Shown: positions 43,749 to 54,671 of the stretch, piece after piece
Numbering within the stretch: the stretch's first letter is position 1
How the letters are laid out: each line of letters begins with the position of its first letter
NCBI GenBank assembly: GCA_963833985.1
Contig: CAWIAD010000001.1
Span: forward strand, 768,001-832,000
Reading direction: 5' to 3'
Length of the DNA: 64,000 nucleotides
Origin: an uncultured Planctomycetaceae bacterium
Lineage (GTDB): Bacteria; Planctomycetota; Planctomycetia; Isosphaerales; Isosphaeraceae
Position numbers and translations under genes: made by a program
Notes under the pieces: generated by a model
Seen by the model: only the letters and a program-made list of their open reading frames with translations
The model's database searches: none
Told to the model about the DNA's origin: nothing

Positions 43749-44251
43749 TCACCGGGCCGGAGGTGCGGGCGCCTTCGCGGTTTTGGCCCGCGGCTTCGCC
43801 TTGCGCTGCGGGCGACTGGCGGCTGGGGGACCCGCGGGGCGTTGCTGCTCCACCTGGGCGTTCGGAGCCATCCCGGTGAACGGACCCGCCAGCGGCGAGC
43901 CGGCTGCGAACCCGTTTCCGCCGGCGAGCATGCCGTCGCCGAACCCGCCGTAACTGTAGCTGGAACCGCCGGAACCGACGTCGGACATGCCGTATCCGCC
44001 AAAGCCAGACATGCCGTAGTCGATGCCCCCACCGTTCCCGGGATAGGCGAATCCCGACACGCCGTAATCCAGGCCGCCCCCACTCATCGAGTAGGGATCT
44101 CCCAGAGCGTCCATCCCGTAGGCTCCGACATTGAAGCCGAGCCCGTCATCCAGGTACTGAGCGTGCGCGAACCGGTACTCGCCGCCAGCAGGACGTGCCC
44201 TAGAAGAAAGGCCCCTGCGACACGGATGGAGCGCCTCTGCGAGAGCTTCAT
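43749..44251 (-). CDS. secreted Gly-rich protein (frameshift near 44170)
   Basis: Signal peptide MKLSQRRS... in one frame, AHAQY plus GGxDYGxSGF repeats and a basic tail in the next. Confidence 0.55.
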
Positions 44252-44400
44252 GAGGTTGCCTTCTCGAAAACCATTCCGGAAGTGCCACACCGTTCCACGA
44301 CAATTCATCATACTCGGTAGTCACCTCAAGGTATCCTGAATACTGACTTCAAGTCGTCGGGGTTCCCGCTGCCGCCGGCAATTCTCCAGGAGATCTGTTC

Positions 44401-45324
44401 ATGCCTGGCCCGCTCACGGGTTTGATTCCTGCCGCTCACACGCCCTTCACGGTCAACGGCGCACTCGATCCCGGGATCGTGCGGCAGCAGGCCGCGCTGC
44501 TGCTTGAGATGGACATCCAGGGAGTCTTCGTGGGCGGAACGACCGGCGAGTTCTCGTCGCTGACGGTGGAAGAGCGGATGATCCTGGCGGATTCGTGGTG
44601 CCAGGCCGCCGGCGGCGCGTTGCGGGTGGTTGTGCATGTGGGTCACAACTGCCAGGCCGAGGCCATCCGGCTGGCCCGCCACGCCCGCGAGTGCGGGGCC
44701 GTCGCCGTGGCGGCCATGGCCCCGAGCTACTTCAAGCCCACCGCCGTCCGGGAGCTGATCGATTTCTGCGCTCCGATCGCCCTCGAGGCAGACCCGCTGC
44801 CCTTCTATTTCTACGATATTCCGGGAATGACTGGCGTGCGGCTGAAGACCTCGGAGTTTCTCCACCAGGCGCGGTTCCAGATGCCCACACTATGCGGAGT
44901 GAAGTATTCGAACAACGACCTGCTCGAGCTCCAGGAATGCGTACGGCTGGAGAGCGGGGCGTTCGACGTCCTCTTCGGCTCGGACGAGTGCCTGCTGGCC
45001 GGCCTCTGCCTGGGAATCCGGGGCGCAGTGGGCAGCACCTACAACTTCGCCGCCCCCGTGTATCAGGGCCTCATGCGGGCGTTCGCCCGTAATGACCTGG
45101 AGGCCGCGCGGGCCGCACAGGGCCGCTCCATCGACCTGATCAACATCCTCGGCGACTTCGGCTTCCTGGCCGCGTCGAAATGCGTGATGACCATGCTGGG
45201 CGTCTCGTGCGGGCCCGTGCGGCCGCCCCTCCGCAACCTGACGGCCCCGGAGCGGCTGGCGCTCTGGCAGAAGATCTCCGCCCTCGACGTCTTCCCCAGG
45301 CCGCTCATTCCTCCAGCGGCATGA
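44401..45324 (+). CDS. DHDPS-family aldolase, N-acetylneuraminate-lyase-like
   Basis: GTTGE, Schiff-base Lys in GVKYS, GAVGSTYN. Confidence 0.85.
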   Translation: MPGPLTGLIPAAHTPFTVNGALDPGIVRQQAALLLEMDIQGVFVGGTTGEFSSLTVEERMILADSWCQAAGGALRVVVHVGHNCQAEAIRLARHARECGAVAVAAMAPSYFKPTAVRELIDFCAPIALEADPLPFYFYDIPGMTGVRLKTSEFLHQARFQMPTLCGVKYSNNDLLELQECVRLESGAFDVLFGSDECLLAGLCLGIRGAVGSTYNFAAPVYQGLMRAFARNDLEAARAAQGRSIDLINILGDFGFLAASKCVMTMLGVSCGPVRPPLRNLTAPERLALWQKISALDVFPRPLIPPAA

Positions 45325-47140
45325 TCTCGACCTTGCGGAACTCGACGGGGTGGCTCTCCGCCTGGAGCGAGATGTAGCCGCCGGTGATGAGCCGCTCACC
45401 CTTGCGTGCCTCGGTCAACTTGACGGCATCCGGGTCGCTGCCGTCGAGCTGCGGACGCTCGTACTCGATCACCGGCTCGCCGTTGACGAAGTGTTTGATG
45501 GTGCCACTGCCGTGCACCTCGGCCTCGACGGTCACCCACTGGTCGCCATTGAAAGTTTTCGACTTCGACTCGATGCAGTGTGTGGTGATCAGCTTGCCGT
45601 TCATGACAATGTGCGTGCCGGGCGTGCAGAGATTGGCCGTCGGCCGCTTCCCGCGACCGGAACCGCCCAGGAACTGGACCTCGATCGATACCGGGAACTC
45701 CTGGTCCTTGCGCATCGTCTCCGGCGGCTGGCAATGGATCATCGCTCCGCTGTTGCGGAACGCCCAACCAGGGCCGCCGTGCACCTGATCGCCCACGAAC
45801 CGGTATTCAACCCGTAGCCGGTAATGCGAGAACGGCTTCTGGTAGAACAGGTGGCCGAACTCGCCGTGGAAGTCCTTGTAGCCGTCGTACGAGACCTTGA
45901 GCACGCCGTCCTGCACGCGGAAGGTCTCGAACGCGTTATCGCCCAGCGCATACCCTTTCAGCTTGGGCGTCCAGCCGCTCAGGTCCTTGCCATTGAAGAG
46001 GCTGGTCCACTGCCCCTTGGGAAATTCGTCCGAAGCGGCCGCAGGCGAAGCGTTCAGGGCTTTCAGGCACACGCGCAGCGCCTGGGCCGCTCCCTGCACG
46101 CCGGCCCGACGGCCCTTGGGAAGCTCGACGGCGGGCTCTGTGATCGCCTTGCAGAAGGCGGTCGCGCTGCCCCAGGTGGTGCCCAGATGGCCGATGACGC
46201 CGCCCCGGTTCACCCGCTTGCTATCCTCCAGCAGGGCCAGGGCCGCCTTCGGGTTGTTCCAGCTTGCCGGCCAGACGCGGAAGCCTTTTTCCTGGAGGTA
46301 GGGGACCGAAGGATAGTGGTCGCTCAGTTCATAATGCCAGTCGCAGAGGATGATGTCGTGGGGAATCTGGTCGATCGCCGGCGCGGTGCCGTTGGCACTC
46401 GATTCCCACTTGCCGTAATGCATCGTCTTGTCGTCGAGCAGCCGGTCGGCCCACATGAGCATCGTCAGCTTCCTGTCCTGAACGATGTGCGCGTGCAGGT
46501 CGTTCACCGCCTTTGCGAAGACATCGGCCGGGTTCTTGCCCTTGCAGCGCGGGCACTGGTCGCTGGCAACCAGGAACACCTCGTCCATACCGACGTGAAA
46601 GGCATCGGCCTGGAAGGCGTCGATCAGGTCGTCGATGAGGGCGAAGACGACGCGGTTGACCTCGGGATGAAGCGGGCACCAGCTCCGGCAGTAGATCCCC
46701 TTGTTGTCGGCCGGGACCTGCGGGGTCTCGTCGAACTGCGGGTACTTCGTGAGCAAGGGCTGCGTGTTCCGGGCCCACGACTGGTGGCCCAGGCAATTGA
46801 GCTGAGGGATGAGCCGGATCTGCCGATCGCGGCAGAATGCCGCCAGGTCGCGTGCATCCTCGCGACTCAGCCCGTGCGGATCAGCCAGTTCTGGATGCGA
46901 AGGGAACTGGAACCCGTAATTCAACTCGAGCACGATCACGTTCACGCCGAGCGGCCTGAGCCCTTCGTCGATTCCTTTCTTGAGTACGGCGAGCCCCTGC
47001 TTGCCCGGCGACATCAGGTGCACCCCGCGCCAGACGCCCTGGTTCCCGGACGCCGGCTCGACGGCACTCCACGCCTGGACCCCTCCGCCAGCAAGTGTCA
47101 CGATGATGAGCGAGGCGATCGTCAAGCAAGAGCGTTTCAT
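45305..47140 (-). CDS. secreted GH20-like glycoside hydrolase fused to a DUF1080 (3-keto-disaccharide hydrolase-like) domain
   Basis: IPQLNCLGH, HVGMDE; C-terminal LFNGKDLSGW, NSG, EVQF, ISLQAESHPVEFRKVEI. Confidence 0.82.
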   Translation of the reverse strand: MKRSCLTIASLIIVTLAGGGVQAWSAVEPASGNQGVWRGVHLMSPGKQGLAVLKKGIDEGLRPLGVNVIVLELNYGFQFPSHPELADPHGLSREDARDLAAFCRDRQIRLIPQLNCLGHQSWARNTQPLLTKYPQFDETPQVPADNKGIYCRSWCPLHPEVNRVVFALIDDLIDAFQADAFHVGMDEVFLVASDQCPRCKGKNPADVFAKAVNDLHAHIVQDRKLTMLMWADRLLDDKTMHYGKWESSANGTAPAIDQIPHDIILCDWHYELSDHYPSVPYLQEKGFRVWPASWNNPKAALALLEDSKRVNRGGVIGHLGTTWGSATAFCKAITEPAVELPKGRRAGVQGAAQALRVCLKALNASPAAASDEFPKGQWTSLFNGKDLSGWTPKLKGYALGDNAFETFRVQDGVLKVSYDGYKDFHGEFGHLFYQKPFSHYRLRVEYRFVGDQVHGGPGWAFRNSGAMIHCQPPETMRKDQEFPVSIEVQFLGGSGRGKRPTANLCTPGTHIVMNGKLITTHCIESKSKTFNGDQWVTVEAEVHGSGTIKHFVNGEPVIEYERPQLDGSDPDAVKLTEARKGERLITGGYISLQAESHPVEFRKVEIMPLEE

Positions 47141-47293
47141 GATGAGGGAGACCCCAGTGTGCCTGGCGAGCGATCCACAAGGGCGCTCGCGCGCTCAGCC
47201 GGCGCGTGATGGCGATAGAATGCGACCCAACGCACAGGATGAATCGCGCCGCGGCCACATGCAAGTCCCTGCCGCAGGCCCTTTTTCGGGCAC

Positions 47294-47321
47294 TTGACAT
47301 CGTGCGGCCGTGGGTTACCAT
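47294..47321 (+). promoter_or_regulatory. sigma70-type promoter for the tRNA
   Basis: TTGACA-N16-TACCAT, ending 35 nt upstream of the tRNA. Confidence 0.65.
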
Positions 47322-47356
47322 GAAAGATCCTCGTTCGTTCCCCAGCGACCGATCGC

Positions 47357-47443
47357 GCCGGAGTGGCGGAATTGGCAGACGCGCCAGCTTGAGGGGCTGG
47401 TGAGCTAACCATGCTCGTGCAGGTTCAAGTCCTGTCTCCGGCA
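47357..47443 (+). tRNA. tRNA-Leu (GAG), CCA not encoded
   Basis: Acceptor stem gccggag/ctccggc, anticodon arm ccagc-ttGAGgg-gctgg, long variable arm, GGTTCAAGTCC T arm. Confidence 0.96.
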
Positions 47444-47587
47444 ATCGATCTCATTCCTGAACGCTCGTATCCTCGCCGTTTCTGAACGCCCGTTCAACTT
47501 CACGCTTGCCTCCCGCAACGAAGCGGCACACAATCAACTCGTCGGCACTTCGATGAGTGACGCGCATGGTGGGCGGAGGGACCGGGC

Positions 47588-50500
47588 GTGACCGATGCGA
47601 GCGACCAGGAGACCGATGTTCTCGCGCGCTTCCTGCCATCGGTGGCAGGGTGGTTCCGCGAGCAACTGGGCGAACCCACGCCCGCCCAGCGGCTCGGCTG
47701 GCCGGCGATCGCGGCCGGGCAGAACACGCTCATCGTCGCTCCCACCGGGTCCGGCAAGACGCTCGCGGCGTTCCTGGCGGCACTCGACCTGCTGTGGCGG
47801 ACGCCCCGGCGCGAGAGCGGCGTGCGCATTCTCTATATCTCGCCGCTCAAGGCGCTCAACGAGGACGTCCGCCGCAACCTCGAGGTGCCCCTGGCCGGAA
47901 TTCTCGAGCGCTCTCGAGATTCCGGGCCCCCGCTCTTGCCCCTGCGCGTGGGCGTGCGCAGTGGCGACACGCCGGCCCGGGAACGCGTCCGGCTCGTTCA
48001 AAAGCCGCCCGATATCCTCATCACCACGCCCGAATCGCTCCACCTGCTGCTCACCAGCCGCGCCCGGGAAGTCCTGCGCGGGGTCTCGCACGTCATCGTC
48101 GACGAGATCCACGCAGTCTGCGGCAACAAGCGCGGCGTGTTCCTGGCGATCTTGCTGGAACGCCTGGAGGCGATCTGCCCGCGGTCGTTTCTGCGCATCG
48201 GCCTGTCGGCCACGCAGAGGCCGCTCGATGAGGTAGCGCGCTACCTGGGCGGGCAGAGGCGCGTGGCCACGGCACAGGGCACAAGCCGCTTCGAATGCCG
48301 GCCGGTGACGATTATTGACGCCGGCCGGCGCAAGGACCTCGACCTCCAGGTCCTCTGGCCGGGGCCTGACGAGGGCCGATTCCTCGGTGTCGCCGGGGAC
48401 GATCTGGCCGGCCATCGAGGAGCGGATCCTCCGCCTGGTGCAGGACCATCGCTCGACGATCGTTTTCGCCAACAACCGGCGCACGGTGGAAAAGCTCACC
48501 ATCCGCCTGAACGAGGCCATCGACGCGGTGGAAGCCGGTGCTCCGGTCGAAACGGAGCCCGCGCCGCGCCCGACCCCGACTCCGAGCCTGGCAGCGGTGC
48601 AACATCCCGTCCCGCCTGGTTCCGTGCCCATCACGGCAGTCTGAGCCTCGAGGAGCGGCGCGGTACCGAAGAGCAGCTCAAGGGGGGAAACCTCAAGGCG
48701 GTGGTCTCGACCGCGTCGCTGGAGCTGGGCATCGACATGGGAGATGTCGACCTGGTCTGCCAGGTAGAGTCGCCGGGGAACATCGCACGCGGGCTGCAAC
48801 GAGTGGGGCGGGCGGGTCACGTGGTGCACGGCGTGAGCAAGGGGCGGCTCATCGCCAAGACGGCCGGCGACTTGCTCGAGACCGCGGCGCTGGCGCAGGC
48901 GATGGTCGCGGGCCAGATCGAGGAGCTGCGCGTGCCGCACGGCTGCCTGGACGTCCTGGCCCAGCAGGTGGTGGCGTGCGTGGCGATGGACCGCTGGAGC
49001 GTGCCCGAGCTGTTCGAGATGGTGCGATCGGCCTATCCCTACGAGGACCTGCCCGCCGAGGTCTTCGAGCGTGTGCTGTGCCTGGTCTCGGGGCGATATC
49101 CGACCGGGCCAATTCGCGATCTCCGCGCGCGCATTGCCTGGGATCGGGTGCACAACAACCTGGCGGCGCTGCCGGGCTCGGCACGTCTGGCCCTGATCGG
49201 CGGAGGGACCATCCCGGATACCGGCCAGTACCCCGTGTATCTGGGGTCGGATGGTCCGCGGCTGGGCGAACTGGACGAGGAGTTCGTCTTCGAGCGGCGG
49301 GTGGGAGAGACCTTCGCGCTGGGGAATAACGTGTGGCGGATCGACGCGATCGAGCCGCATCGCGTCGTGGTGCGTGCGGCCGAGGGGAACCACGCGGTGC
49401 TGCCCTTCTGGCGCGGGGAGAACCCGGGACGGTCGGCCGAGCTCGGGGCCGCCGTGGGTGCACTCTGCCGTGAGCTCGCCGGGCGGCTGGACGACCCTGG
49501 CGTGCATTGCTGGCTCGAGGAAACGTGCCGGCTGGAGGGCCGGGCCACGCACCCGCTGGTGGCCTACGTCGCACGCCAGGCGCGCGTGGCTGGCGTGGTG
49601 CCGGACGACCGCACCATCCTTGTGGAGACGTTTCGCGATCCTGCCGGCGAGCTCGGCCTGGCGGTGCTCTCTCCGTTCGGCGGCCGCATGCACCAGGGGC
49701 TGAAGCTGGCCTTGCTGGGACGCATTCGCCAGCGGCTGGGCATCCAGGCCTCGTGTTTGCACGGCGACGATGGGCTGCTGATCCGCCTGCCCGGTATGGA
49801 CGAACCGCCGCTCGACCTGCTCGACGGGCTCTCGGCCGACGAGGCCGAGCGGCTGATTCGCCTGGAGCTCCCGGAAACCCTGCTCTATGGCCTGCGGTTC
49901 CGGCAGAACGCCAACCGCGCCCTGCTCATGCCCCGTCCGGACCCGTCGAAGCGCACGCCGCTCTGGCTCCAGCGGCTGCGGGCCAAGGACTTGCTCCAGG
50001 TCGTCGGCAAGTTTCCGGACTTCCCGATCGTGGTCGAGACATTCCGCGAATGCCTGGACCAGGACCTGGAGCTGCCCCGCCTGAGGCAACTGCTCCAGTC
50101 CATCGAGTCCGGCAGCGTGCGGGTCGTCACCCGGCCGGGCGAGATCGCATCGCCGTTCGCCTCGGAGCTGATCTTCCAGTTCACTCCCACCTATCTCTAC
50201 GAGTGGGACGAGCCGCGGCGCGGCGACCTGCGGCCCGGCGGCCTGGCGGTGGACGAAGACCTATTAGACGCCCTGCTGGATGGGCCCGCGGGCGCCCGGC
50301 TGCTTGATTCCCAGGCGGTGGGCCGCGTGCAGGGCCGCCTGCGCCGCCGCGGGCTGGACCCGCGCTCGGCCGAGGAGATGGCCGAGACCCTCCGCGCACT
50401 GGGCGACCTTTCCCTGTCGGAGCTGGCCGGACCGATGGAGCGGTGGCTCGCGGAACTGAGCGCGGCGGACAGGGCCGTGCGCATCGACCTGGCGCACACC

Positions 50501-52137
50501 GCCGAGCCGCAACGATGGATCCTGACCGAGGACGCGCAGCGCTACCAGCAAGCCTTTCCCGTCAGCGGCGAGCCCGATCTCGATGCCGTGGAGGCCATTG
50601 TCCGGCTCTACCTGCGCACTCATGCCCTGGTGGGCCTGACCGAGCTTTGCGGCGCTACCCGATTGCCCCGGAGCTGGCGGGCGAGATGCTGGAACGGTGG
50701 GTCGAGACGGACGGCCTGGTGCGCCTGGCTGCCGCGTCCTCCGACGATGAGGACCGCTGGGCCGAGCCGGAGAACCTCGCCGAGATCCGCCGCCTGAGCG
50801 TGGCGATGCGCCGGCGCGAGAGCGTCGCGGTCGCCCCCGAGGTCTTCGCCGACTTCCTGGTTCGCCGCCAGTTTCTGCACGCGGCAACTCGCCTGGAAGG
50901 CCCGGCCGGCCTGGAGCGAGCGCTCGAGCAGCTTCAGGGCCATGCCAGCCCCGCCGGTTTCTGGGAGAGCGACGTCCTGCCCCGGCGCGTGCGGGGGTAC
51001 CAGCCGGCCTGGCTCGACGACCTGCTGGCGACCGGCTGCTGGCTCTGGCGGGCGACCTCGGAGGGGAAAGAGGAGCCGCTGGTGGCCTTCGTTCCGCGCG
51101 AGTTCGAGGGCTCATGGCCTGCAATCGCGAACCTGGCCGAGCAGGCCGGCGAGGAGCGCCAGGTACTTGACGCCCTGACCGCGCGCGGCGCCAGCTTCGC
51201 GGCCGACCTTGCGCGGGCGACGGGGAGGGAGCCCTTGCAGGTCCGCCGCGCCTTGCGTGCGCTGATGCTGCAAGGGCTGGTTGCGAACGACCGCTTCGAC
51301 CCGGTTCGCCCGGGGAGCTTCGCAATGATGCACGCGCTGGAGGAGGCCAGAGCCTCCCGCCCTGGCCCGGGACGAAGGCGCGCGGTCCGGCCGCGCCGCT
51401 CCAGCACCGGCGGCGGTGAGGGCCGATGGGCCCTGCTCGTACCTTCGCCCCGCGATCAACCGGGCCGTTCCGAGGGCGCCCTGCTGGCATGGGTGAGCGC
51501 GCTCCTGGAGCGCTATGGCGTGCTCACGCGTGAGCTCGTGGAGCTGGATCGCTGGGCGCCTCCGTGGTCCGACCTCGTTGCGTTACTGGCCCGCGCCGAG
51601 CTGCGCGGGGAGATCCGCCGTGGGTTTTTCGTCGAGGGCTTCTCCGGGGTTCAGTACGCCTCCGAAGAGGCGGCCGAGAGCCTTGCCCGGCTGGGCAGCG
51701 TGGCGCCGGCGGATGCGTACGTGATGCTCTCCGCCGCGGATCCGGCCAACCTCTACGGAGGCGGGGGGCCCCTGGATATCCCATTGCTCGAGGGCGGTAC
51801 CGGCCGTCTCAGCCGCGTCCCGGGGAACTACCTTGTCCTGCGCGGAGGCCGGCCGGTACTGATCATCGAGTCGCAAGGCAAGCGCCTGACCGGACTGGCC
51901 TCGGCCTCTCCCGCCGAGCTCCGCACCGCCCTGGCACGAGTGGTCGAACTGGCCGGCCCGAAGCGACAGGTCCTCAGGGTCGAGACCTACAACGGCCAGC
52001 CCGCGGTGGACAGCCCCGTGGCCGTGCGCCTGGGCGAGCTCGGTTTCGTCCGCGATTATCCGGGCTTGGCCTACTACGGGGCCTGGGCGAGCCAGCAGCG
52101 CACGGAGCAAACGAGCGAGACGCGCCACGAGTGGTGA
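47588..52137 (+). CDS. lhr: Lhr-family DEAD/DEAH-box helicase (frameshifts near 48380, 48600 and 50650)
   Basis: APTGSGKT, TTPESL, DEIH, LSAT, HHGSLS, LELGID, QRVGRAGH; C-terminal RRGFFVEG...QYA. Confidence 0.88.
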
Positions 52138-52199
52138 GCCGGACTTTCAGCGTGAGCCGGGCACTCGCGTCGTAATTATCAACGGAATCCAGTAATGCT

Positions 52200-53909
52200 T
52201 CAGTATCCCTCGGCATAAGCGAGTGTTTGCCGGGCGCCGGCGGCGTGCAGCTCTCCAGTCTTCGGATCCAGTTCGACGCCAATCCAGAAACCGGCGAATG
52301 CCAAGTCCTCCGGCCGGGACACGATCTCGACCCGCTGGCCAAGCTGTCGCACACCCTCGAGCACGCGCTTGTCAAACGAGCCATCGCCAACCCGCGCAAC
52401 CGACTTTTCCTGCGACCAGTCAGGCGCGAGGAAGGCGGGCGCATCGACCGCCGACTGGGCGTCCATGCCGAACTCGAGAATGTTCGCCAGGATCTGCAAA
52501 TTGCGCTGGTGAAGCCCCGCCCCGATGGCGCTGGCTGCGAGGATTGGATGACCGCCGAGCGTGATGATGAGCGGGGTCTCCGGGTCTGGCAGGCGTTTGC
52601 CCGGTCCGGTGCGCTGGATAACTTCCTGCTGGAACGAAGCTGAATCCGGAACCGAGACTCCCCCGACGAAGATTCCCGTATTGCCCCAGATCACCGCGTT
52701 GCAAGTGTGCGTCAACGCCGCGATGTTGCCCCTTGAATCGATGGCCACCACACCGGACGAATGGGCCGGACGCGACCCGAGGCGGTTCGGCGGCACTGCG
52801 AACGGCCATTCGCCGACTTGCATCCGGGTCCATAGCCAGCGCGCGTGCTCCTTCGAAACGCGGATACGGGGAGAGAAGTCTTCCGCTGGAAAGCGCCGGG
52901 CGGCAAGCTCTGGCTCGTAAAAGAGAAACTGATTATGGGAAATCTGCATGAGCCAGAAGAGGCTTTCCGGGGAACGGCTCGGAAGACCAGAGCGGCTCAG
53001 GCCGGACAGTTCGAGCAGGTTCAAGGCCTCGATCGTGTCCACCCCGCCGATCGACGACAGACCCGGTGCAAAGACGCGGACGGCGCGATAGGTGGTTTCG
53101 GTCGCTTGCTCCCAGCCTGGCTGGTAGGTTGCCAGATCCTGGGCAGTGATCCGTCCGCCTTCCTTGCCGACCGCGGCGACGAACTGTCTTGCCCATTCTC
53201 CCGTGTACATGTAAGCGGACCCGCCTGAGGCCACCTTCCTCAAGGTGCTTGCAAGTTCTCGCTGCCGCAAAAGATCGCCCTGAACGTGAAAAGACCCGTC
53301 CGGCCTTGCAAAGAGCCGCTGGGTTTCCGGCAGGCGTCCCAGCACGTCCTTGCGGAACTGCAAGTAGTAGGCAAGCAGCGGATCGATCTTGACGCCTTCC
53401 TCGGCAAGCTCGATCGCCGGCTGGAACAGGTCAGGGAAATGTCTCTTGCCGAACCGGTCATGAGCCGCCTGCACACCCGCCATGAAACCCGGCACCAGCA
53501 CCGTGCGGCCGCTGGGCAGTCCTTTCCAGGTTTTCTCGTCCATCCTGGGGATCGAGAGCGGATCTTTTTCTTCCAGCGGCGTGTTGTAGCCGGCGTTGAG
53601 GGAGGACACCTTGCCCGTGGAGGCATCATAGTAAACCAGGTTCAGAATACCCGCGAAGCTGACGTAGGATCCGGCAGCCTCGACCACCTGCACGAGCGCC
53701 GTGGTAAGGGCCGCGTCAACCGCAGAGCCGCCCCGCTTGAGTGCCTCGACTCCGGCAGGAACGGCGCGTGGCCCGGTCAAGCCGATGACCAGGCCGCTCC
53801 GTCCTTCCGCCAGAAAGCGATGCGCCCGATCTTGCGCACCCGGCTCTGACCGAGGCTCATCCACAAGGCCGGGAAGACCCATAGCCAGGAGCAGAATACC
53901 GACCTTCAT
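52200..53909 (-). CDS. gamma-glutamyltransferase family (Ntn hydrolase) protein
   Basis: GGSAVDAA, VPGFMAG, PAIELAEEG, DLATY, VAIDSRGN...LTHT. Confidence 0.82.
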   Translation of the reverse strand: MKVGILLLAMGLPGLVDEPRSEPGAQDRAHRFLAEGRSGLVIGLTGPRAVPAGVEALKRGGSAVDAALTTALVQVVEAAGSYVSFAGILNLVYYDASTGKVSSLNAGYNTPLEEKDPLSIPRMDEKTWKGLPSGRTVLVPGFMAGVQAAHDRFGKRHFPDLFQPAIELAEEGVKIDPLLAYYLQFRKDVLGRLPETQRLFARPDGSFHVQGDLLRQRELASTLRKVASGGSAYMYTGEWARQFVAAVGKEGGRITAQDLATYQPGWEQATETTYRAVRVFAPGLSSIGGVDTIEALNLLELSGLSRSGLPSRSPESLFWLMQISHNQFLFYEPELAARRFPAEDFSPRIRVSKEHARWLWTRMQVGEWPFAVPPNRLGSRPAHSSGVVAIDSRGNIAALTHTCNAVIWGNTGIFVGGVSVPDSASFQQEVIQRTGPGKRLPDPETPLIITLGGHPILAASAIGAGLHQRNLQILANILEFGMDAQSAVDAPAFLAPDWSQEKSVARVGDGSFDKRVLEGVRQLGQRVEIVSRPEDLAFAGFWIGVELDPKTGELHAAGARQTLAYAEGY

Positions 53910-54103
53910 CGTGTGGCCTTTCCAATACAAAGGCGTCAGGAACCGATTCCTTCGGTGGGCGCCTGCCATCACGGCCGTGCGGTTGAGTTCTGAGTTCAGC
54001 AGGTTTTATACGACCCCGTGATCGGCACGACAATCGCAACCTTGAATGCCTTCCGAAGCCGGCATGGCCGCCCTCCCGGCCCGGAGCAGTAAAGGGGCCT
54101 TCC

Positions 54104-54337
54104 ATGTCCAGGTCATTGCAGCCCGGTGACCGGGTGCGGTGGAATTCTTCGCAAGGCGAGGTCACTGGCAAGGTCCGGAAGAAACTGACCGGGCCGACCG
54201 ACGTCAAGGGACATCACGTCGCGGCCTCACCTGAGAATCCGGAGTTCCTGGTCGAGAGCGAGCAGACCGGCGCCCAGGCCGCGCACAAGCCAGAAGCCTT
54301 GAAGAAGATCCGGAGGAAAAAAGGAGAGAAGTCATGA
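54104..54337 (+). CDS. DUF2945 family small protein
   Basis: GDRVRWNS, G.V.KK.T, AAHKPEAL. Confidence 0.85.
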   Translation: MSRSLQPGDRVRWNSSQGEVTGKVRKKLTGPTDVKGHHVAASPENPEFLVESEQTGAQAAHKPEALKKIRRKKGEKS

Positions 54338-54560
54338 TCCACGATCCGGACCGGGTCGTCGCGGACTTTCGCGCAGGCGTGAACATGACAGCCTGAAAAC
54401 TCGAAACCTGCCTGTAATCGGAAGAATTCAGAAAAGTGGGATCCAGGAAGGACGGCGCGGATGAGTCGGTCGGCCACCGATCGGGGCGCAGCATCGTGGA
54501 GATCTTGAGAAAACCTCCGGCAGATGACGAACAAGGGCATCGAGCATATGGCGAGGGTCT
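54334..54560 (+). pseudogene. degraded DUF3140-like gene
   Basis: ATGA-coupled; F..VNMTA*KLE..L*SEE...VG...ESVGHRSGRSIVEIL with two in-frame stops and a frameshift; 3' end approximate. Confidence 0.65.
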
Positions 54561-54671
54561 CGAGCCGGGCGTTCACGAGCAGCCGGATCGCAAAGCACTG
54601 ATCCCGTGGTGACCGCGTCCGGCCGGCTCCGGGATCAGCGTGAGACGTTCAAGACTGGATCCCAGCTTCTC

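Noticed and set aside
47357..47443. tRNA-Leu as an island integration site
   Set aside because: No adjacent integrase, and no duplicated tRNA 3' end was seen in the window.
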